DNA of 12,015 nucleotides from a virus (Duplodnaviria; Heunggongvirae; Uroviricota; Caudoviricetes): IMG/VR virus record IMGVR_UViG_2703718843_000006; one strand, 5' to 3'. Shown piece by piece: positions 7,580 to 12,015 of this stretch (position 1 is its first letter; each line of letters starts with the position of its first letter). The notes under the pieces were generated by a model. It saw only the letters and a program-made list of their open reading frames with translations, ran no database searches and was not told where the DNA came from. The position numbers and the translations under genes were made by a program.

Positions 7580-7748
7580 GCTCACCTCCGCAGGGAATGC
7601 GACCGGCAAAGCTCAGCACATAGTCCGGGGCCAGTCTGCGCCGCGCTGAGCGCTCGTTATCTGCGGTGATCCTTAACATCACAGGACGGGCATTGCGCTG
7701 GCTGCGGTTGATCGCCGCAAATAACCAGGTACACTTCTGTTTAGCCAT
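7572..7748 (-). CDS. Small basic protein (58 aa), first gene of the leftward operon; possibly Kil/Icd-like by position only
   Basis: Read as the C-terminal 58 codons of track ORF 7572..8147: MAKQKCTWLFAAINRSQRNARPVMLRITADNERSARRRLAPDYVLSFAGRIPCGGEHA. ATG at 7748 with GAGGT upstream; its stop overlaps the next gene start (ATGCGTAA), indicating coupling. Confidence 0.4.
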   Translation of the reverse strand: MAKQKCTWLFAAINRSQRNARPVMLRITADNERSARRRLAPDYVLSFAGRIPCGGEHA

Positions 7749-7778
7749 CTTCGTTACCTCATACAGCGGATTGGTCAG

Positions 7779-7851
7779 ATGCCCGATTTGTGTTCCAGCA
7801 CAGGTTGGGCATTGTTTTTTGTAGCTTTGATGTTTATAATGGTAATTACCA
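7779..7851 (+). promoter_or_regulatory. Control region: sigma70-like promoter (-35 TTGTTT 7812-7817, -10 TATAAT 7835-7840) with operator-like palindromes
   Basis: 17-bp spacer between the hexamers. Perfect 12-bp palindrome TGGTAATTACCA (7840-7851) overlaps the -10 and predicted start site. Imperfect 34-bp inverted repeat ATGCCC...GGGCAT (7779-7812) lies upstream. Sits between the plus-strand RHH-like ORF and the leftward operon start (7748). Confidence 0.45.
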
Positions 7852-7881
7852 TGTAGGTTAATATAAGGTCTGGTCATCACC

Positions 7882-8055
7882 ATGTCAACACCAAAAGAAA
7901 AACGTTCTCCGCCTTTCCAGATGCGTCTTACAGATGAGTTCCGCCGACAGCTTGAAGACGAAATGCGCAAAGATGGAGATTCAGCTCTTGCATCTTGGAT
8001 CAAGCGAATTCTGCGTAAAGAACTACTGAATCGTGGCATCGATCCTAAGAATTGA
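7882..8055 (+). CDS. Small ribbon-helix-helix (Arc/MetJ-like) DNA-binding protein candidate (57 aa), putative repressor
   Basis: Not in the ORF track (below 60 aa). ATG 7882, TGA 8053-8055. Translation MSTPKEKRSPPFQMRLTDEFRRQLEDEMRKDGDSALASWIKRILRKELLNRGIDPKN has the basic N-terminus, short beta-strand (FQMRL) and two helices expected of RHH proteins. Preceded by the promoter and palindrome above. The overlapping minus-strand ORF is Ser/Arg-rich and looks non-coding. Confidence 0.5.
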   Translation: MSTPKEKRSPPFQMRLTDEFRRQLEDEMRKDGDSALASWIKRILRKELLNRGIDPKN

Positions 8056-8065
8056 TTTATGTATA

Positions 8066-8085
8066 GGGGGGATGCAGTTCTCCCC
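8066..8085. terminator. Weak hairpin between the convergent RHH-like and alpA-like genes
   Basis: GGGGGGA / TCTCCCC stem (one G-U pair) with 6-nt loop; no strong U-run on either strand. Confidence 0.3.
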
Positions 8086-8104
8086 AATTTAGTTAAGGTT
8101 GCCA

Positions 8105-8320
8105 TCACACTACGCCCCCTGAACCCGCTGATTGAGCTTTTACCCACTGTCTAATTTCTTGTGCATCGTAAACAGTTACCCGTTTTGAAATACGTGTGGA
8201 TTTTGGAAATTCAGGATTGTTTTTTTCCCAGCGCCAGAGAGTAACTGTACTTACTTGCAAAAAGTCAGCAGTAGCCCGTGGGCGGGCATGCCCGGTGATA
8301 GGGTAAGTTTTTAATGTCAT
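8105..8320 (-). CDS. alpA: AlpA-family (Vis/excisionase-like) HTH transcriptional regulator (71 aa)
   Basis: Translation TGHARPRATADFLQVSTVTLWRWEKNNPEFPKSTRISKRVTVYDAQEIRQWVKAQ matches the AlpA / prophage CP4-57 regulatory protein HTH pattern. AGGTAA Shine-Dalgarno 5 nt upstream of ATG 8320. Confidence 0.85.
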   Translation of the reverse strand: MTLKTYPITGHARPRATADFLQVSTVTLWRWEKNNPEFPKSTRISKRVTVYDAQEIRQWVKAQSAGSGGVV

Positions 8321-8328
8321 GAAATTAC

Positions 8329-8356
8329 CTGCCGTGTTATGTAATGAACACGGCAG
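8329..8356 (-). promoter_or_regulatory. Perfect 10-bp inverted repeat CTGCCGTGTT-N8-AACACGGCAG abutting the alpA ribosome-binding site
   Basis: Seen directly in the sequence. On the minus-strand RNA the hairpin ends 2 nt into the alpA Shine-Dalgarno; could be a terminator for the upstream cargo ORF, an SD-sequestering structure or a protein operator. Confidence 0.35.
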
Positions 8357-8427
8357 ATGATGGCAAGGTTAGGGCTAAATTATCAGTGCCACTATTTTGT
8401 TTTTATGATGGTATAAAATATTACCAC

Positions 8428-9402
8428 TTAAAATCTTCCTGCTTTAGATGAGCTAAGACATTCTTTTATCTTATCTTTTCCAAGTTCAACCTTTGTTTTG
8501 GGATTGTTTCTTTCTGCCACGATTTTATCTGCCCACGCGTCAATAGTCAGTTTTCCTCGTTTTCCATTGCAAGATGCTGGGTCATTTAGTAACCAATAAA
8601 TAGCTGCTTTGTACACTGCCTCCCTTTTTGTTGCTGATGCTTCAACATTACCATGCACTCTTCGGATGCTTTCGATGCTGGATACACCACCATTCACATA
8701 GCTGGGTAGCTCTTTGCCAACACCGTTATCTAATTTTTCTATTTGGTATCTTGTTAAATAGATATCATCCAGTGTTATATTTCCAATAATATTTTTATTA
8801 GATGGAGATACTAATCCCTCTATTGATGATAAGCCTTCGAAAGGGGACATTGCTAATATTACCCACTCATCACTGCCAAATGCAGCATTAGTGAATGGCA
8901 TATTAGCTTCTTTAAAAGAAATATCATGTGCTAATAGCCTTGCTTTACCATATACCTTTAGTTCTTTGTATAATGAAGATGTTGGGCTGATGACACATAT
9001 AGACCACAATCCAGAAAGTAAGATTAATGGGCTTTTTATATTTGGTTTGTTTTCTAAATGGTATATTTGTTTTGGAGGTGAAAATGGCTTATCTTCTGTA
9101 TAATCAATATCGAATTTTGCTTTTGGTATGAAATGGCTTAATGCAGATTTATTACTATAGTTTAATACTCTGGGTGGGTACATATTTTCCCAATCTTTAA
9201 AATCTCCACCTTTACGCATCATCATTAGCGCAGCTTCGAAACCATTTAATTCTAAGCAAAATTCGATAATTCCAATTTGAGCAAAATGGATAAGGTCATC
9301 AATTTGGCAATTAAGTAGTTCAGCAGCTCGTTTTAGGGAGCAAAATTCCATTACAGGAATACTATTCCTTTCCCAAACATTTAATCGTGTATTATCGCTC
9401 AT
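8428..9402 (-). CDS. Hypothetical protein (324 aa), AT-rich cargo between int and alpA
   Basis: Long AT-rich ORF. Start placed at ATG 9402 (MSDNTRL...) with AGGTGA Shine-Dalgarno; the track start at 9480 is a TTG overlapping the int stop. No catalytic motif recognised; N-terminus (SLKRAAELLNCQIDDLIHFAQIG) could be helix-turn-helix-like. Same position as yfjH in E. coli CP4-57 (intA-yfjH-alpA, from memory); homology not verified. Confidence 0.7.
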   Translation of the reverse strand: MSDNTRLNVWERNSIPVMEFCSLKRAAELLNCQIDDLIHFAQIGIIEFCLELNGFEAALMMMRKGGDFKDWENMYPPRVLNYSNKSALSHFIPKAKFDIDYTEDKPFSPPKQIYHLENKPNIKSPLILLSGLWSICVISPTSSLYKELKVYGKARLLAHDISFKEANMPFTNAAFGSDEWVILAMSPFEGLSSIEGLVSPSNKNIIGNITLDDIYLTRYQIEKLDNGVGKELPSYVNGGVSSIESIRRVHGNVEASATKREAVYKAAIYWLLNDPASCNGKRGKLTIDAWADKIVAERNNPKTKVELGKDKIKECLSSSKAGRF

Positions 9403-9476
9403 CACGTCACCTGTATGCACATATGGTAAAATGGGGCGAATAGCAGACTTTACTACTATTAGCCATTTTCTTATTT

Positions 9477-10748
9477 TCAAACAACGCGTAGTTTTTTCAT
9501 TTTATAGGGGGCAATATATCTATCAGTGTTAGCTTCAATATAATTAGACCACCATTGCATCATCCGACGACGTTCATGCATATGCTGAGCTAAGTGTACA
9601 TAAGCGGCTCGCACTTCATTTCGTTCTTGATGGCTCATTTGCCGTTCTACTGCATCCCTCGACCATAAACCTGATTCTGTCAGGGCTGAGCACGCCATTG
9701 CCCTAAATCCATGAAGGCAAATGTCCACCTGCGTGTCGTACCCCATAATTCTTAATGACTTATTAACTGTGTTCTCACTCATTGGTTTGTAAGGGTTACT
9801 ATCTCCGGGGAAAATAAGTTCATACTCACCACTTATTTTTTTAATAGCTTCGAGAACATCAATAGCTTCATTAGATAATGGAACATAATGAATACTGCCC
9901 ATTTTTGCCCCACGCTCTGAATATTTTACCCCATCAATTCTTTTTCTTTGAGCAGGAATAGTCCACATTGCATTTTCAAAATTAATTTCCTCCCATCTTG
10001 CGTGTCTCAGTTCACTGGAGCGAACAAAAGTATGAAGAGAAAATAATACTGCCAGCTTAGTTAACGGCCTCCCTGTATAGCTATCAATTTTTGATATTAA
10101 TTCGGGTAATCGTTCTAACGGAAGTGCAGGGCGATGCTTTATTTTGGGGCTGGAAATTGCTCCTCTTAGATCATGGGTAGGATTGTATTCAACAACTCCA
10201 CGCTGAATAGCGTACCGGAAAACGCTTGCAAGAGTAGTTTTCACTCTTCCTGTTGTTGCTCCAATTCCCTGATCACTCATCCTCACCAATAATGGCAACA
10301 GGTCACTTGTTTTTAATGAGTCGATGGGTTTATTTCCGATATATGGGAAAATATGATTTTCCATTTCTCTTAAAATTTTAGTGCGGGTAATCTCTTTCCA
10401 TGAGGGATGGCCTATAGAGCCTTTATGCCACTCTAAAGCGATTGTCTGGAATGTAGCAGAGGCGGGTTCTGTTGGCGCTGCTTTTTTAGATACTCTGGGA
10501 TCAACACCGTCGGCTAAAAGTTGCCTTGCTTCATCTCTACGCTTACGGGCAAGTGCCAGCGAAACGTCAGGGAAAACGCCCAAAGCCAGCGTAGCTTGTT
10601 TGCCGTTAAATCTGTAGTTCATTCGCCATGCCTTGGTCCCGTTCTTTTTAACTAAAAGATACAGGCTTCCCCCATCCGTCAGTTTGTAGTCTGTTTCTTT
10701 GGGTTTAGCGTTTTCAACTTTCTTAGGTGATAGCTCATTTAGTGCCAT
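9477..10748 (-). CDS. int: P4-type tyrosine integrase (423 aa)
   Basis: N-terminus MALNELSPKKVENAKPKETDYKLTDGGSLYLLVKKNGTKAWRMNYRFNGKQ is the typical P4-integrase arm-binding region. Catalytic residues visible: R in VRSSELRHARWEEI, H-x-x-R in HGFRAMACS, Tyr in RAAYVHL. Lies about 190 bp from the tRNA 3' end in the same orientation. Confidence 0.95.
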   Translation of the reverse strand: MALNELSPKKVENAKPKETDYKLTDGGSLYLLVKKNGTKAWRMNYRFNGKQATLALGVFPDVSLALARKRRDEARQLLADGVDPRVSKKAAPTEPASATFQTIALEWHKGSIGHPSWKEITRTKILREMENHIFPYIGNKPIDSLKTSDLLPLLVRMSDQGIGATTGRVKTTLASVFRYAIQRGVVEYNPTHDLRGAISSPKIKHRPALPLERLPELISKIDSYTGRPLTKLAVLFSLHTFVRSSELRHARWEEINFENAMWTIPAQRKRIDGVKYSERGAKMGSIHYVPLSNEAIDVLEAIKKISGEYELIFPGDSNPYKPMSENTVNKSLRIMGYDTQVDICLHGFRAMACSALTESGLWSRDAVERQMSHQERNEVRAAYVHLAQHMHERRRMMQWWSNYIEANTDRYIAPYKMKKLRVV

Positions 10749-10770
10749 GGAGAGTAATCTTTGTTGTCAG

Positions 10771-10820
10771 TTGATGGTATCGGTTTATCGAACCGTGAGT
10801 ACCATCAACGATACCATCAG
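10771..10820. repeat. Candidate integrase arm-type binding sites (three TGATGGTA(T/C) copies) in the att arm
   Basis: TTGATGGTATCG at 10771-10782, and on the other strand tandem copies at 10799-10808 (GTACCATCAA) and 10809-10819 (CGATACCATCA), between the int start codon and the tRNA. Confidence 0.45.
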
Positions 10821-10935
10821 AATCATGTAATGTCATGAAATCAACTGAAACCATGTTCAAGGCGACAGGCCCTGATTTTGCTGGTTTTAAGGGGGGAGGT
10901 GAAGTGTGTTGAAACGTGATGAAATGAAAAGGTAT

Positions 10936-11007
10936 TGTCCCCTGCAGGAATCGAACCTGCAATTAGCCCTTAGGAGGGGCTCGTTATATCCATTTAACTA
11001 AGAGGAC
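10936..11007 (-). tRNA. argW: tRNA-Arg (anticodon CCU), argW-type
   Basis: Reverse complement of 10936-11007 reads GTCCTCTTAGTTAAATGGATATAACGAGCCCCTCCTAAGGGCTAATTGCAGGTTCGATTCCTGCAGGGGACA: 7-bp acceptor stem GTCCTCT/AGGGGAC, anticodon loop CTCCTAA, T-arm GGTTCGATTCC. The genomic sequence after discriminator A is ATACC, not CCA. Confidence 0.95.
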
Positions 11008-11082
11008 AATGCGGCATGAGTATACCCGCTAATGGAGTGCGGGGTAAGTACGCTGCCGCTCGATTGCTTAAACCCTCGCCAT

Positions 11083-12015
11083 TTATGCCGGGTTTTTATA
11101 ATTTTTCTTAATGTTTTCCGCACGTTCTGCTTTTTGGCGTGCTTCTGCTTTACGCTTATTGCTCATGTCGTTACGAATCTGTGCATGACTCATTAACGCG
11201 AAGATAAAGGTGCCGCCGCAGATGTTCCCCGCTAAAGTAGGTAGTGCGAAGGGCCAGATGAAATCGCTCCAGTGCAGCGTACCGTTAAACACCAGATAGA
11301 GGATTTCAACAGAACCGACCACGATATGGGTGGTGTCACCCAGGGCAATAAGCCAGGTCATCAATATAATCACCACAATCTTTGCCGCACCCGCTGCAGG
11401 AAACATCCAAACCATAGTGGCGATCAGCCAGCCGGAAATGATCGCGTTGGCAAACATCTCGCTGGGGGTGTTCTTCATCACATCCATGCCGATTTTGACA
11501 AATGCATCGCGAGTTTCTTCATTGAAGATAGGCATATATTCAAATGCCCACGCCGCAATACCTGTCCCGAGAATATTACCCAGCAGCACGACGCCCCATA
11601 ACCGTATAAGTAAGCCGACGTTGCTCATTGTCGGTTTTTGCATGACGGGTAGTACCGCAGTCACGGTATTTTCGGTAAATAATTGCTGGCGGGCCATAAT
11701 GACGATAATAAAACCAAAGGTATAACCGAGATTCTCCAGCAAGAAGCTGCCCGGCACACCTTCCAGTTCGACATGAAATATCCCTTTTGCCAGTAACGAA
11801 GCGCCCATCGACAGACCCGCCGCAATGGCTGACCACAGTAGCGCCATTGCGTCGCGTTCCAGCTCTTTTTCACCATCCTGGCGGATATGCTCATGAATTG
11901 CCATCGCCCGGGAGGGGAGTCGGTCTTCATCTATTTCTATTTTTTTGCCGCGCTCTTTTTCTTCGCTCTCAACTTCAATTTCGTCGCTGTGTTGATCAAT
12001 TTTGTCGTTGTCCAT
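11083..12015 (-). CDS. yfdC: Inner-membrane formate/nitrite transporter (FNT) family protein YfdC (310 aa)
   Basis: Complete ORF with ATG at the window end (12015..12013). Hydrophobic multi-helix translation matching E. coli YfdC as recalled, and the known yfdC-argW-integrase neighbourhood. Moderate GC, chromosomal flank. Confidence 0.9.
   Translation of the reverse strand: MDNDKIDQHSDEIEVESEEKERGKKIEIDEDRLPSRAMAIHEHIRQDGEKELERDAMALLWSAIAAGLSMGASLLAKGIFHVELEGVPGSFLLENLGYTFGFIIVIMARQQLFTENTVTAVLPVMQKPTMSNVGLLIRLWGVVLLGNILGTGIAAWAFEYMPIFNEETRDAFVKIGMDVMKNTPSEMFANAIISGWLIATMVWMFPAAGAAKIVVIILMTWLIALGDTTHIVVGSVEILYLVFNGTLHWSDFIWPFALPTLAGNICGGTFIFALMSHAQIRNDMSNKRKAEARQKAERAENIKKNYKNPA

Larger units (their letters stand above)
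1..10952 (-). mobile_element. P4-like phage satellite / integrative element at tRNA-Arg (partial; left end beyond window)
   Basis: tRNA-adjacent P4-type integrase, AlpA-like regulator, primase-helicase with iteron array, Sid/Psu-family gene and Ogr/Delta zinc-finger activator in one co-oriented block, with AT-rich cargo at both ends. Right boundary is inferred to overlap the tRNA 3' end; no attR repeat of the tRNA 3' end is visible in the window. Confidence 0.8.
1..12015. other. Compositional mosaic: AT-rich cargo (1-2150), GC-rich satellite core (about 2150-8100), AT-rich int-proximal block (about 8400-10750), host flank (about 10936-12015)
   Basis: Judged by eye from the sequence (long A/T runs and AT-rich codons versus GC-rich codons); no base counts computed. 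Boundaries coincide with gene-module boundaries. Confidence 0.5.

Noticed and set aside
7580-7609. Track start at 7609 for the 119-aa gene (MPVAFPAEVS extension)
   Set aside because: A GGAGGTGA Shine-Dalgarno sits directly before the internal ATG at 7579, and the upstream small ORF stop overlaps that start.
7749-8147. N-terminal part of minus-strand 191-aa ORF 7572..8147
   Set aside because: Ser/Arg-rich low-complexity translation lying antisense to the better-supported RHH-like ORF and across the promoter region; only the C-terminal 58 codons (7572-7748) have a ribosome-binding site and coupling signal.
8891-9103. Plus-strand 70-aa ORF inside the int-proximal cargo gene
   Set aside because: Antisense to a long ORF; no signals.
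9403-9480. Track start at 9480 for the int-proximal cargo ORF
   Set aside because: Codon at 9480 is TTG overlapping the int stop; the ATG at 9402 has a proper AGGTGA ribosome-binding site. The longer form cannot be fully excluded.
10381-10962. ORFs 10381..10617 (+) and 10735..10962 (-)
   Set aside because: The first is antisense within int; the second spans the int start, att arm and the tRNA gene, so it cannot be a protein gene.
11272-11930. ORFs 11272..11601 (+), 11330..11725 (+), 11576..11836 (-), 11661..11930 (-) overlapping yfdC
   Set aside because: Out-of-frame or antisense within the membrane-protein gene.

Overview
The window holds the tRNA-proximal ~11 kb of a P4-like phage satellite (or closely related integrative element) inserted at the 3' end of a tRNA-Arg(CCU) gene, beside the chromosomal FNT-family membrane protein gene yfdC (an Escherichia-like yfdC-argW junction, recalled from memory). 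All confident genes except one small ORF are on the minus strand. Right to left: yfdC (11083-12015), tRNA-Arg (10936-11007), an att arm with repeated TGATGGTA motifs, a P4-type tyrosine integrase (9477-10748), an AT-rich unknown 324-aa cargo ORF (8428-9402), an AlpA/Vis-like regulator (8105-8320), a control region with a small plus-strand ribbon-helix-helix-like ORF (7882-8055), a translationally coupled operon of four small unknown proteins ending in an 890-aa zinc-ribbon/TOPRIM/Walker-A primase-helicase (3855-7748), an iteron array (3632-3828), a late promoter with two TGTG-N10-CACA dyads, a Sid/Psu-family gene (2693-3454), an Ogr/Delta zinc-finger activator (2421-2693), a terminator, and a GC-rich repeat-bearing noncoding tract. 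The leftmost gene (1-1992) is strongly AT-rich and encodes a 663-aa GHKL/Bergerat-fold ATPase fused to a C-terminal PD-(D/E)xK-like module. It sits where P4-like satellites carry their variable anti-phage hotspot and is the best candidate here for an undescribed defence gene; its locus probably continues past the left window edge. All family assignments are from reading the translations and motifs by eye; no database search was run.
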